Source: an uncultured Gemmatimonadales bacterium (GTDB lineage: Bacteria > Gemmatimonadota > Gemmatimonadetes > Longimicrobiales > RSA9). From it: a stretch of 64,000 nt of DNA. The DNA lies in assembly GCA_963798845.1 (NCBI GenBank), contig CAWCUS010000004.1:192001-256000 (forward strand), given 5' to 3'. Position numbers and translations under genes: made by a program. A model generated the notes under the pieces. That model was not told where the DNA came from. It saw only the letters and a program-made list of their open reading frames with translations, and ran no database searches. Positions 20,811-30,978 of the stretch are shown in pieces; within the stretch, counting starts at the first letter, position 1, and each line of letters opens with the position of its first letter.

Positions 20811-22276
20811 TGGAGATCCACCCAGACGGACTTGACCTGGGTGTAAAGCTCCAGCGCGTGCTTCCCGAGCTCACGGCCGTAGCCGGACTGCTTGTAGCCG
20901 CCGAACGGCGAGGCCGCATCCAGCGGGTGGTACGTGTTGACCCACACGGTGCCCGCCTCGAGCCGCGCCGCGACCCGGTGTGCGCGCTTCACGTCACGGG
21001 TCCAGAGCGCCGCCGCGAGTCCGTAGATCGTCCGGTTCGCCAGCTCTACCGCCTCTTCCTCGTCCTCGAAGATGAGCGTCGCGAGCACGGGACCGAAGAT
21101 CTCCTCCCGCGCGATCGTCGCTTCCGGAGAGACCGCGTCGAAGATCGTCGGCTCGATCCAGAACCCGCCCCCTCCACCAGCGGCTCGCCCGCCGCCGGCG
21201 AGCACTTTCGCGCCTTCCGCGCGCCCCTTCTCGATGTAGCCCAACACGCGCGCCAGCTGCTCCCCCGAGATCACCGGGCCGTACCGCCGCCCTGGCTCGA
21301 GCGGCTCGCCGGGCTGCAGGCGGCCCACTCGCTGTACCAGCCGCTCCATGAACTCGTCGTGGATGGAGCGCTGGACCAGGAGCCGCGAGCCCGCCGTGCA
21401 GCACTGGCCGGCGTTGTAGAAGATCCCGTTGAAGGCGCCGCGAACGGCCGCGTCCAGGTCGGCGTCCTCGAACACGATGTTCGGGGACTTCCCGCCCAGC
21501 TCCAGCGACAGCTTCTTCAGCGTGTCGGCGCCCTCCCGCATGATTTGCTTGCCCACGGCCGTCGAGCCGGTAAACGCGATCTTGTCCACGTCCGGGTGCC
21601 GGACCAGCGCCGCACCTGCCGTCTGACCGAAGCCGGGCACCACGTTCAGCGCGCCGGCCGGCAGCCCGGCATCGGCGGCGATCGCGGCCAGCTCCAGCGC
21701 CGTCAGCGGCGTCTGTTCGGCCGGCTTCAGCACCACCGCGTTTCCGCAGGCCAGGGCCGGGGCCACCTTCCAGGCAGCCATCAGGAGCGGGAAGTTCCAC
21801 GGGATGATGGCGCCCACCACCCCCACCGGCTCGCGCAGCGTGTAGTTCAGCACGCGGCCCCGAACGGGAATCGTCTCGCCGTCCAGCTTGGAGGCCCAGC
21901 CGGCGTAATAGGTGAAAGCGTCGGCCGCCTGCTCGATGTCGATCGCCGCCTCCCGCAGCGGCTTGCCATTGTCCAGCGTCTCGAGGCGCTTCAGCGCCTC
22001 AGCCCGCTCCCGGATCCCGCGGCCGATCCGCGCCACCACCTCGCCCCGGTCCAGCGCGTCCATCCGGCGCCATTCCGACCCGGGCGCTGCCACCGACCGC
22101 GCCGCCCGCACCGCCGCGGCCACGTCGGGTTCCTTCGCCTCCGCGACCTCCGCCAGCACCTCGCCCGTCCCGGGGTTCCACGTGGTGAAGCGGCCGCCGT
22201 CGTCGGCTTGGCGCCATTCGCCGCCGATGAAGAGCTGATCCGGGGCCAGCCGGATCTCGGAGCTTTCTCTGGCCAT
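20807..22276 (-). CDS. Aldehyde dehydrogenase
   Basis: [30 protein letters not shown]. Confidence 0.95.
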   Translation of the reverse strand: MARESSEIRLAPDQLFIGGEWRQADDGGRFTTWNPGTGEVLAEVAEAKEPDVAAAVRAARSVAAPGSEWRRMDALDRGEVVARIGRGIRERAEALKRLETLDNGKPLREAAIDIEQAADAFTYYAGWASKLDGETIPVRGRVLNYTLREPVGVVGAIIPWNFPLLMAAWKVAPALACGNAVVLKPAEQTPLTALELAAIAADAGLPAGALNVVPGFGQTAGAALVRHPDVDKIAFTGSTAVGKQIMREGADTLKKLSLELGGKSPNIVFEDADLDAAVRGAFNGIFYNAGQCCTAGSRLLVQRSIHDEFMERLVQRVGRLQPGEPLEPGRRYGPVISGEQLARVLGYIEKGRAEGAKVLAGGGRAAGGGGGFWIEPTIFDAVSPEATIAREEIFGPVLATLIFEDEEEAVELANRTIYGLAAALWTRDVKRAHRVAARLEAGTVWVNTYHPLDAASPFGGYKQSGYGRELGKHALELYTQVKSVWVDLH

Positions 22277-22378
22277 GAATTCCTTCGGTCTGTGGGGGGG
22301 TGAAGCCGAACGGCGTCTGGGTTGGACGGGATGCCGGCCGGCGGCGTTCGAGCCCCTGGCCGGCGACCCGTGGGCGGC

Positions 22379-23212
22379 CTACTTCCCCTTGAACTGGGGC
22401 TTCCGCTTCTCCAGGTAGCTGCCGATCCCCTCGCGCGCGTCCTGGCTCTGGAACAGCTGCTGCTGCAGCTCCCGCTCGACGGCCAGCGCCTCGGCCAGCG
22501 GCAACTCCCAGCCGGTTTGCACGGAGCGCTTGATCATGCCCACGGCCTTCGCGGCGCGGTTCGGCGGCGCGAAGGAGACCGCATACTCCATCGCCTTCTG
22601 CATGAAGGCCTCGTGACTGTCCGCCTCCCAAACGTCGTTCACCAGGCCGTACTCCTTCGCCTTCTCGAAATCGAAAGTGGCGCCCGTGGCCATCAGCTCG
22701 ATCGCCCGCGACTTGCCCACGATCCTCGCCAGGCGCTGCGTTCCGCCGGTCCCCGGCAGCACGCCCAGGGTCACTTCCGGCAGCCCGATCTTGCCGCCGC
22801 CCTTGCGTGCAATGCGGATGTCGGCCGCCAGAGCGATCTCCAGACCGCCACCGACCGTGTGACCGTTCAGTGCCGCGATCACCAGCTTGGGCGTCTGCTC
22901 CAGCCGCTGCAGCGTCTCGTTCGCGTGCAGGCAGAAACAGTACTTGAATCCGGCGGTCACCTCGTCCAGCATCTGGATGTTCGCCCCGGCCGAGAAGAAC
23001 TTCTCTCCCTTTCCGGTGATCATGATGACGTGAACGTCGTCGCGCATGCGTGCACGCAGAACCCCGTCATCGATCTGGCGCATCATGGCGTAGGTGTACG
23101 TATTGGCGGGCGGGTCGTCGAGCGTCATGATGGCCACGCCGTCCTTCACCTCGAAATGGACGAGCGTCTTCTTCGTGCCCTCCTGGTCCTCCCTGTGGGG
23201 ATCCTGGGCCAT
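22379..23212 (-). CDS. Enoyl-CoA hydratase/isomerase family protein
   Basis: FFSAGANI, GGGLEIALAAD, GLPEV, GGTQRL. Confidence 0.9.
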   Translation of the reverse strand: MAQDPHREDQEGTKKTLVHFEVKDGVAIMTLDDPPANTYTYAMMRQIDDGVLRARMRDDVHVIMITGKGEKFFSAGANIQMLDEVTAGFKYCFCLHANETLQRLEQTPKLVIAALNGHTVGGGLEIALAADIRIARKGGGKIGLPEVTLGVLPGTGGTQRLARIVGKSRAIELMATGATFDFEKAKEYGLVNDVWEADSHEAFMQKAMEYAVSFAPPNRAAKAVGMIKRSVQTGWELPLAEALAVERELQQQLFQSQDAREGIGSYLEKRKPQFKGK

Positions 23213-23409
23213 GCCGTTCCTCCGGAAAGGGTCCTGTCTCTCGTGTGAAAACGCGGACGCGCCCTCGGTTCAACCGATAGGCGCGTCCATCGCCGGAAAC
23301 GGCCGCAACGTACGGGCCCCCGGAACCACGGGTCAACCCCTGGCGACTTGCCCGCCCCTCCCGCCAGGAATAACTTTCAACAACTGTCCACCCACTCCGG
23401 AATTTCTCT

Positions 23410-24144
23410 GTGCCACGTCCTTTCTGGCTCCCGGCAATGCTGTCGCTCGCCCTGTCCGTCGGTGCGCTCGCCGCGTGCGGGGACGAGATCACGGACCCGG
23501 ACGCCCTGGTCGACTCGGCCGAGGCGGAGGCAGTGATGCGCTCGGCCGCCGCGCTCCCCTCGCTTCCCGAGCTCGCCGCGACCGCGCACGTGGACGGCGC
23601 GGAGCAGGCTTCGCTCTTCCGCTCCATCGAGCTCTGGAGCTCGGGCACTGCGGCCACCGACCGCCGCGGGCGCGCGCAGCGCCGGATGGCCGTGACGTAC
23701 GCCGCTCCCGTGCTCGCAGGCGCACTCGACAGCGCGCAATGGAGCGCGGCCCGCCAGCGTGTGGAGGACTGGCTCGGTAAAGCCGACGCCATGCTCCGGC
23801 ACATCAGCATACCCGCCGTCGACGAACGCCTGCGGGCCGCGCGCGCCCTCCTCACGCGAGCCGACGCTTCCACCGACATCCGCGGCCGCGCCTATTACCT
23901 GCTGCTCGCGTCCTCGGAGCTGGTGGAGACCACGCCCCGGCACGTGGCCCGCTCCATGGCCGCCGATGCCGACGCCGCAGTGCGTGCGTCCGAGGCGAGG
24001 AGGCCCCCGGGGAACGGGGAACAGGCGACGCTGGCGCGGGCACGTCGTCTGAAGGATTGGGCGGCGCGGGCCGTAGAGGCGGGGGAATACCTGCTCGCCA
24101 TCCAGCGGGCCTACTACGCGATCGAGCTGGCGGAATCCAAATGA
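23410..24144 (+). CDS. Hypothetical alpha-helical lipoprotein
   Basis: Lipobox LAAC; stop overlaps nfeD start (ATGA). Confidence 0.7.
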   Translation: MPRPFWLPAMLSLALSVGALAACGDEITDPDALVDSAEAEAVMRSAAALPSLPELAATAHVDGAEQASLFRSIELWSSGTAATDRRGRAQRRMAVTYAAPVLAGALDSAQWSAARQRVEDWLGKADAMLRHISIPAVDERLRAARALLTRADASTDIRGRAYYLLLASSELVETTPRHVARSMAADADAAVRASEARRPPGNGEQATLARARRLKDWAARAVEAGEYLLAIQRAYYAIELAESK

Positions 24145-25568
24145 AGAGAACTCCTTTGGTGTCGGTCCGATCCGTGCCTGCGGCGCCCCGGCCGCGCCGC
24201 GTGCGCCCCCACACAGCGGGCGCCATCATGCTCGCGGCCGCGCTCTCGACCGTGCCCTCGTGCGGCCGTGAGGTCGCGGCGCCCCCCTCGGGGCCCGTGG
24301 TCTTCAGGGTTCCAGTCAAGAACACCATCGAGCTGGGCCTCGCACCGTTCGTGGAGCGGAGCCTGAAGGAGGCCCGCGCGGCGGGCGCGCAGGCCGTGGT
24401 CCTGGAGCTGGATACGCCGGGCGGGCGTGTGGATGCCGCGATGAAGATCGTCAACGCCATCGAGGACACCGACATCCCGGTTTATGCCTACGTGAACCGC
24501 TGGGCTCTGTCGGCTGGCGCCATGATCGCGCTGGCCACCAATGGCGTGTTCATGCGGGACGGCGCAGTGATGGGCGCTGCCACACCCGTGAACGGCCAGG
24601 GCCAAAAGGCCCCGGAAAAGATCGTGAGCGCCATGCGCAGCGAGATGCGCGCGCTGGCCGAGCGGCGAGGGCTCGATCCACGCGTGGCCGAGGCCATGGT
24701 GGACGAGAACGTCGAGGTGGACGGTGTAGTCGCGCGGGGACAGCTCCTGACGCTGACTACGGACGAGGCGGAAACCGCAGGGTTCGCCCGATCGACGAAG
24801 GATTTCGATGACGTGCTGTCCCAGGTCGGCGCGGCGGACGCGCGGGTGGTGGACGCCAGCATCAACTGGGCGGAAGGGCTGGTCCGCTTCATCACCCACC
24901 CAATGGTCGCGCCGCTCCTCCTGTCCCTTGGTTTCCTCGGGCTCCTGATCGAGATCAAGACCCCGAGCTTCGGACTGGCCGGTGCCGCCGGCGGGGTGGC
25001 CCTGGCCCTGTTCTTCGGCGGCCACTACCTGGTCGGGCTCGCCGGAATGGAGGAGATCATCCTGCTCGGCGCCGGAGTGGTGCTGCTGGGCGTCGAGGTC
25101 TTCCTGATTCCGGGATTCGGCGTTTTCGGCATCCTCGGCATCCTCGGCGTTCTCGGCAGCATCTATCTCAGCCTCGTCGGGAGCCTCTCGACGGCGGTGG
25201 ACTACAGCCACGCGGCCATGATCCTCTCCCTGTCCGTCCTCATCGTCGTCGTGAGCGCCTGGGCCATCCTGCGCACGCTCCCGCGCAACCGGCGGCTACT
25301 GCGTTCCGGCATCATGCTGGCGGAATCGACGAACCGGGAGACGGGCTACATGTCCGCCGCGGTCCGAGCGGATCTCGTGGGCCGGCAGGGCACGGCGGTC
25401 ACCGACCTGCGCCCGGCCGGCATCGGCCGTTTCGGCGAGGAACGGCTGGACATCGTGGCGGAGGAAGGCTGGCTCAAGGTGGGGACCCCCATCGAGGTGG
25501 TTCGCTCCGAGGGGTACCGCCACGTCGTTCGCGCCGTGACCGCGGCGCAATCCGGCGAGTCCGCCTAG
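24141..25568 (+). CDS. nfeD: NfeD family membrane-bound serine protease (long form)
   Basis: LDTPGG, ALSAGA, LLTLT, TM bundle, TDLRPAG C-terminal OB domain. Confidence 0.9.
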   Translation: MKRTPLVSVRSVPAAPRPRRVRPHTAGAIMLAAALSTVPSCGREVAAPPSGPVVFRVPVKNTIELGLAPFVERSLKEARAAGAQAVVLELDTPGGRVDAAMKIVNAIEDTDIPVYAYVNRWALSAGAMIALATNGVFMRDGAVMGAATPVNGQGQKAPEKIVSAMRSEMRALAERRGLDPRVAEAMVDENVEVDGVVARGQLLTLTTDEAETAGFARSTKDFDDVLSQVGAADARVVDASINWAEGLVRFITHPMVAPLLLSLGFLGLLIEIKTPSFGLAGAAGGVALALFFGGHYLVGLAGMEEIILLGAGVVLLGVEVFLIPGFGVFGILGILGVLGSIYLSLVGSLSTAVDYSHAAMILSLSVLIVVVSAWAILRTLPRNRRLLRSGIMLAESTNRETGYMSAAVRADLVGRQGTAVTDLRPAGIGRFGEERLDIVAEEGWLKVGTPIEVVRSEGYRHVVRAVTAAQSGESA

Positions 25569-25611
25569 CACGTCCGGTCCTGGCACTGACTTCTTCGATG
25601 GAGAATCCGAT

Positions 25612-26610
25612 ATGGAAGGCGTAGCGATTCTGACGCCCCTGTTGCTGGTGGCCGTGGCGATCTTCGTCATCGCCCTGTTCTGGGCGGTTCCCGTGCGACT
25701 GTGGATCGAGGCGGTCTTCGCCGGCGTCACCGTGGGACTGGGCGACCTCATCGGCATGCGGCTGCGGAAGGTGAACCCTGCCGGTGTGATCCGGCCCCTC
25801 ATTGCGGCTACGAAGGCGGGGCTCTCCCTCACCACGAAACAGCTCGAGGCCCACTACCTCGCCGGCGGCCACGTGGATCGCGTGGTCAAGGCACTGATCA
25901 GCGCCGACAAGGCCAACATCGAGCTCCCCTTCCAGCAGGCGGCGGCGATCGACCTGGCCGGGCGCGATGTCCTGGAGGCGGTGAAGGTGTCGGTCAATCC
26001 CAAGGTCATCAACACGCCCAAGGTGGCGGCGATGGCGAAGGACGGCATCCAGCTCATCGCCATCGCCCGTGTGACGGTGCGTGCCAACATCAACCGCCTG
26101 GTGGGCGGGGCAGGGGAGGACACGATCCTGGCCCGCGTGGGCGAGGGAATCGTTTCGACCATCGGGTCGAGTATTTCGCACAAGGCGGTGCTCGAGAACC
26201 CGGACGCCATTTCCAAGACGGTCCTGGGCAAGGGACTCGACTCTGGCACTGCGTACGAGATCCTCTCCATCGACATCGCGGACGTGGACGTGGGCAAGAA
26301 CATCGGCGCCGAGCTCCAGACGGACCAGGCGGAGGCGGACAAGCGCATCGCGCAGGCCAAGGCGGAGGAGCGACGGGCCATGGCCGTAGCCGCGGAGCAG
26401 GAGAACCGCGCGAAGGTGGAGGAAATGCGGGCGCGGGTGGTGGCGGCCGAGGCCGAGGTCCCACTCGCCATGGCCGAGGCGTTCCGCAACGGCAACATGG
26501 GGATCATGGACTACGTTCGCTATCGCAATGTCAACGCGGACACGGACATGCGGAATGCGATAGCGCGCGAGCCGCAGACCGGCCCGGACGGCGGCAATGG
26601 AAGGGACTAG
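25612..26610 (+). CDS. floA: Flotillin-like protein FloA (YqfA)
   Basis: [50 protein letters not shown]. Confidence 0.95.
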   Translation: MEGVAILTPLLLVAVAIFVIALFWAVPVRLWIEAVFAGVTVGLGDLIGMRLRKVNPAGVIRPLIAATKAGLSLTTKQLEAHYLAGGHVDRVVKALISADKANIELPFQQAAAIDLAGRDVLEAVKVSVNPKVINTPKVAAMAKDGIQLIAIARVTVRANINRLVGGAGEDTILARVGEGIVSTIGSSISHKAVLENPDAISKTVLGKGLDSGTAYEILSIDIADVDVGKNIGAELQTDQAEADKRIAQAKAEERRAMAVAAEQENRAKVEEMRARVVAAEAEVPLAMAEAFRNGNMGIMDYVRYRNVNADTDMRNAIAREPQTGPDGGNGRD

Positions 26611-26613
26611 ACG

Positions 26614-27282
26614 GTGAGCGGCTTCGAGATCCTCATCATCCTGCTCTTCATCATCATCCCGATCGTGCAGGCGGTGTCGGGAAAGGGCCGGACGGGGACA
26701 GGTCCGCCCCGGCCGCCGCAGACGCCCCGGTCCCGGCCGTCCGCCGGAACCCGCGACAGCGGCCGGGGCTGGTCCGGCGCAGCCCCCGGCCAGGATCCTG
26801 GCTCGCCCGCGGAGCTCCCCTCCGCCGCGGACATGGTTCCGGACGACCTGTGGGCGATCCTCACCGGGGAGCGTCGTCCGGGCGCGCGCGGTCCCGCGGC
26901 GCCGTCGCCCTGGTCTGGCGAGCATGAACCGGGCACGGCGACCTCAGCACCGGGGGAGTCGTGGGGCGAGGAGGTCGCCGGCGTTCCGACGCCCATGCCG
27001 CCCGGGGAGCGGCGTGAGGACGAGCTCGCCGCCCCCGGGAGAGGCGTGCGCGGCGAAGCGATCTCTCTCGAATACATGGGCCCCGAGGCCATCAGCCTGG
27101 AAACGCTCCCGGCTCCTCCCGAGGTGCGCCAGGCGGCCTTTCACGCGCGCCTGCACGACGGGTCGCACCCTCGGCTGTCCAGGCATCCCCGTGGCGTGCT
27201 ACGGCACACGCTCCGTCAGCCGGCGGGGCTCCGGCGGGCGGTGATGCTGGCGGAGATCCTCGGGCCTCCGCGGGGAGCCTAG
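26614..27282 (+). CDS. Hypothetical protein, positional YqfB analogue
   Basis: N-terminal TM, disordered middle, C-terminal LRRAVMLAEILGPP. Confidence 0.7.
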   Translation: MSGFEILIILLFIIIPIVQAVSGKGRTGTGPPRPPQTPRSRPSAGTRDSGRGWSGAAPGQDPGSPAELPSAADMVPDDLWAILTGERRPGARGPAAPSPWSGEHEPGTATSAPGESWGEEVAGVPTPMPPGERREDELAAPGRGVRGEAISLEYMGPEAISLETLPAPPEVRQAAFHARLHDGSHPRLSRHPRGVLRHTLRQPAGLRRAVMLAEILGPPRGA

Positions 27283-27288
27283 GGGCCC

Positions 27289-27393
27289 GCGGCGCGACCG
27301 CCCGCCTGCGGCGCGACCGCCCGCCCGCGGCGCGACCGCCCGCCCGCGGCGCGACCGCCCGCCTGCGGCGCCACCGCCCGCCCGCGGCGCCAC
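27289..27393. repeat. 19-bp tandem repeat, about 5.5 copies
   Basis: Unit GCGGCGCSACCGCCCGCCY starting at 27289, 27308, 27327, 27346, 27365 and 27384 (partial). Confidence 0.92.
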
Positions 27394-27498
27394 AGGACGC
27401 GCGTCTGCCAGACGCCCCGGGGCCGCGCACTTTCGGCAGGGTGGAGAGTGGGCACCGTGCGGGTTATATTGCCGCTCCCCTCAAACTCGGAATGCAGG

Positions 27499-27581
27499 GC
27501 CGGGGTGGCGGAATGGCAGACGCGGCGGACTCAAAATCCGCTGGGCGCAAGCCCGTGTGGGTTCGAATCCCACCCTCGGCA
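27499..27581 (+). tRNA. tRNA-Leu (CAA)
   Basis: Acceptor GCCGGGG/CCTCGGC, anticodon loop CT-CAA-AA, long variable arm, GTTCGAATC T-loop; CCA not encoded. Confidence 0.96.
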
Positions 27582-27714
27582 CTTCTTTCCCTCGACATGG
27601 CGGTCCTCGACCGGCGGGCGGCGCTGGACGCGAGCGCGCCCGCCTCTTGCGCTGGTGTCCTATTTGCCAGGATGTTGGCGAGGAGTCAGGCACGCACTCA
27701 CAACGGCCAGGACC

Positions 27715-28059
27715 ATGGACGCCTTCGATCGCAGGGAGAACGGAATCGGCGAGTCCGAGCGCTGGATGTCGGTCATTCTCGGGGGAATGCTCATCCTGTC
27801 CAGCCTGCGCCGACGCGACACTCTGGCCGGGACGCTCTTCGCCCTGGGCGGCAGCGCGCTCGTCTACAGGGGCATCAGCGGCGGAGCCAGCCTCTTCTCC
27901 GCCGCCGGTGACCTGCTCCGCGGCGCCGTGGAAGGGGAGGCGGGGTCGGACTGGTCCGGTGCGGAGGTGGACGAAGTCGAGGAGGCGTCGATGGAGTCTT
28001 TCCCTGCCAGCGACGCCCCCTCCTGGACGCCGACCTCGAGCATAGATTCCGGGGACTGA
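27715..28059 (+). CDS. Small DUF2892-like membrane protein
   Basis: IGESERWMS..GG..LVYRGISG and C-terminal EASMESFPASDAPSW motif. Confidence 0.7.
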   Translation: MDAFDRRENGIGESERWMSVILGGMLILSSLRRRDTLAGTLFALGGSALVYRGISGGASLFSAAGDLLRGAVEGEAGSDWSGAEVDEVEEASMESFPASDAPSWTPTSSIDSGD

Positions 28060-28066
28060 GCCCGCC

Positions 28067-29014
28067 ATGAGCGCGTTCCCGCCGAAGGTGGCGGAGCTCG
28101 AGCGGCGCCTCGGCCCCGGGCGCATCGAGCGCGACGCGCCCCTGGCCGCATTCACGACGTTCCGCATCGGCGGCCCGGCGGACCTCCTTTACCGCCCGCG
28201 CAGCGCCGAAGAGCTCGCCCTCGCCGTGACCGCGGCGCGCGAGCTGGAGATCCCCCATTTCCTCCTCGGCGCGGGAGCCAACATCCTCGTGGGGGATGGC
28301 GGATTCCGGGGGCTGGTCATCCGGAACCGCGCGCGGGAGATCACCTTTCTGAAAGACCACCGCGTTCGGGCGGAGAGCGGGGTGATGGTCTTCCACGACC
28401 TCATCCAGGCGACGGCGGCCCGCGGCCTGGGCGGGCTGCACCACTACGTCGGCATTCCGAGCACCGTGGGCGGCGCGATGTGGCAGAACCTCCACTTCCT
28501 CAGCCCGCCCCCCGGCCGGGAGCGGACCGTCTTCATCGAGGAAGTGCTGGAATCGTGCGAGCTCCTCACGGCTGAAGGGGAGCGGCGAACGGTCGAGGCC
28601 GACTACCTCCGGTTCGGGTACGATCACAGCATCCTCCACGAGCGCGACGACATCGTGCTCAGCGCCACGTTCCGGCTTCAGCCCGCCGCCGAGGACGAGC
28701 TGCGCTTCGTCATCCGCGAGAACCTGCGCTGGCGCGACGACCGCCATCCCGACCTCTGGCTCTACCCGTCGGCGGGGTCGGTCTTCAAGAAGATCGAGGG
28801 CGAAGGCGCGGGCCGGCTGATCGACCAGTGTGGCCTGAAGGGCCACGTCCACGGCCGGGCGCAGATCTTCCACCGTCACGCCAATATCATCGTGAACCTC
28901 GGCGGCGCAACGGCCCGGGAGGTCGTCGAGCTCATGGACCTCGCCCGCGATACGGTGGACCGGCGTCTGGGGCTCCAGCTCGAGCCGGAGATCGGGCTGA
29001 TCGGCGAATTCTGA
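28067..29014 (+). CDS. murB: UDP-N-acetylmuramate dehydrogenase
   Basis: TTFRIGGPAD, LGAGANILV, GIPSTVGGA, SAGSVFK, HANIIVN, LEPEI. Confidence 0.9.
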   Translation: MSAFPPKVAELERRLGPGRIERDAPLAAFTTFRIGGPADLLYRPRSAEELALAVTAARELEIPHFLLGAGANILVGDGGFRGLVIRNRAREITFLKDHRVRAESGVMVFHDLIQATAARGLGGLHHYVGIPSTVGGAMWQNLHFLSPPPGRERTVFIEEVLESCELLTAEGERRTVEADYLRFGYDHSILHERDDIVLSATFRLQPAAEDELRFVIRENLRWRDDRHPDLWLYPSAGSVFKKIEGEGAGRLIDQCGLKGHVHGRAQIFHRHANIIVNLGGATAREVVELMDLARDTVDRRLGLQLEPEIGLIGEF

Positions 29015-29111
29015 GCATCGACCCCGTCGCGGGCGCGCGAAGGTCCGCTCCTTGCAACGATAAGACTCTGGCGGCTAATCACTTACCGATAATCAGCCGG
29101 TCAGGGAGCGC

Positions 29112-30098
29112 ATGGAGCGACGCAAGAAGGAAGCGGCGGCGGTGGGGTTGGCGGCGTCCACGCTGGCGCTGCTCGGCGCGGGCCTGTCCGGCTCCGGTCC
29201 CACGCCTACGGCACCGGTCGTGAACGTGCCGGAGCCGGAGCCGGCGGCGCAGCCGGACGCGGACCTGTTGAAGGATGTCATTCCCAAGCAGTGGGACCTT
29301 CCGTCGCAGCGAAACGAGCGGGTGGATTTCTTCATCGATTTCCTGAAGGGTGAGCGCTACGACGACATGCAGCAGTGGCTGGAGCGGATCGGCAGATACG
29401 GCCCGATGATCCGCCAGGAGCTGCGCGCCCGTGGCATGCCGGAGGACCTGCTCTTCCTCGCCATCATCGAGAGCGGCCTGGACCCGAATGCGTATTCTTC
29501 GGCGGATGCGGCGGGGATGTGGCAGTTCATTGCGCCGACGGCGAGGCGGTATGGGCTGGAGGTATCCCGCTACGTGGACGAGCGGCGGGACCCGGTGAAG
29601 GCGACGGATGCGGCGCTGACGTACCTCCAGGAGCTCCACGAACGTTTCGGCAGCTACTTCCTGGCCGCGGCGAGCTACAACACGGGCGAGAACCGTGTCG
29701 GCCGGATCATGAAGGAGGTCACCGGGAGCGAGGAGGGGACGGACGCCGACTACTGGAAGATCGGGGATCGGCTTCCGCGCGAGACGCGCGACTACGTCCC
29801 GCTCATGCTGGCGGCGGCCTACATCGCGAAGGACCCGGGGGCGTATGGATTCCCGACCCTCCAGTTCGAGCAGCCGCTCCGCTTCCAGGAAGTGTCGGTT
29901 CCGGGGGGGACCACGCTGTCCACCGTCGCGGCAGCGGCGGGCGTCCCCGCCGAAGAGGTGATCGACCTCAACCCGCAGCTGGTCCGGAAACAGACGCCCC
30001 CGAACCGGGAGTGGCAGGTCCGAATCCCGGAGGGTACGGGTCAGACGTTCGCGGCCAACTTCGGCGGCTCTGCGGCCGGACCGGCGCTGGCCGAGTAG
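29112..30098 (+). CDS. Lytic transglycosylase (MltD-like SLT + LysM)
   Basis: IIES, AAGMWQFI, VDERRDP, AASYNTG, ETRDYVP, LysM with LNP. Confidence 0.9.
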   Translation: MERRKKEAAAVGLAASTLALLGAGLSGSGPTPTAPVVNVPEPEPAAQPDADLLKDVIPKQWDLPSQRNERVDFFIDFLKGERYDDMQQWLERIGRYGPMIRQELRARGMPEDLLFLAIIESGLDPNAYSSADAAGMWQFIAPTARRYGLEVSRYVDERRDPVKATDAALTYLQELHERFGSYFLAAASYNTGENRVGRIMKEVTGSEEGTDADYWKIGDRLPRETRDYVPLMLAAAYIAKDPGAYGFPTLQFEQPLRFQEVSVPGGTTLSTVAAAAGVPAEEVIDLNPQLVRKQTPPNREWQVRIPEGTGQTFAANFGGSAAGPALAE

Positions 30099-30122
30099 GC
30101 TCTCGCTGCAGACCGGCAGCCG

Positions 30123-30920
30123 TCAGACGCCGCCGGACTGGCCGCCGCCCGGCTGCCCGCCGTGCTGACCGGGCCCGTGCCCGCGCTGCGTCGGTGGTCC
30201 GGCCCCGGGCGGTACCGGCGGCGTTCCAGGCTTTCCGTGGCCGCGGCCAGGGGGGCCGTCCCCCATGAGCCCCGGCGGAGTGCCCTGGTGCATGGCATGG
30301 GCGACGGCGGCCGCCGCCTGGGCCGGCAGCGATCCCTGCCGGATCATCCGCTCGACTGCCGCGGGTATGTCGCGGAGTTCGTCCGCGCGGGCGCCGCGGC
30401 CGCGCCACGCGTCGAGCACGGCCACGGCCTCGTCGACGGGCACGCCTTCATCGATGAGGTCGCCGAGGGTGTGCACGGCTAGCGCGAGCGGTTCACCACG
30501 GCGCGACCGCTCGGCCATGTGCCGGATCGCCTGCTGGGGCACGCCCCGGCGCAGCGCATCGGCCACGGCCGCGACCTCGGTCGGGCCCCGGACGCCGGTG
30601 CGTGCGTCAGGCCCCGCCTGCAGGAGCGAGCGCGCTTCTCCGAGCTGGGCGGCGAGACGGTCCACGGCGCCCACGATCATGGGCGCCGACACTCCCTTGG
30701 CCAGGCCCTCGACGGCCTTGTCCAGGAGCGGGTCCGTGGGAAGACCCTCGTTGCGGGCGCGGTTCATCACCTGCTGGATCTGCTCCGCCGCCTCGGGCGG
30801 CAGCCCGGCGCGGATCCGCGCCATCTCCTCGACCCGCTCCTGCTGGGCCGCCGCAGCGGACGCCGACAGCAGCACCAGCGCCGTGGTCGCCCAGCCGATT
30901 CGTCGCCCGCGCTTTGTCAT
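30123..30920 (-). CDS. Secreted alpha-helical hypothetical protein
   Basis: Signal peptide ending AAAAQQ; GLP.DPL.DKA.EG.AKG motif; Gly/Pro tail. Confidence 0.75.
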   Translation of the reverse strand: MTKRGRRIGWATTALVLLSASAAAAQQERVEEMARIRAGLPPEAAEQIQQVMNRARNEGLPTDPLLDKAVEGLAKGVSAPMIVGAVDRLAAQLGEARSLLQAGPDARTGVRGPTEVAAVADALRRGVPQQAIRHMAERSRRGEPLALAVHTLGDLIDEGVPVDEAVAVLDAWRGRGARADELRDIPAAVERMIRQGSLPAQAAAAVAHAMHQGTPPGLMGDGPPGRGHGKPGTPPVPPGAGPPTQRGHGPGQHGGQPGGGQSGGV

Positions 30921-30978
30921 GATCGTGAGTCCTCGAAAGTTGCCGTCTGCATCATGGACGCCTCAGACCCCTCCCGGG

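Noticed and set aside
27289..27393. Tandem repeat as CRISPR array
   Set aside because: No unique spacers, unit only 19 bp, no cas genes
27441..27714. ORFs spanning the tRNA
   Set aside because: They overlap a clear tRNA-Leu; the real gene starts at 27715
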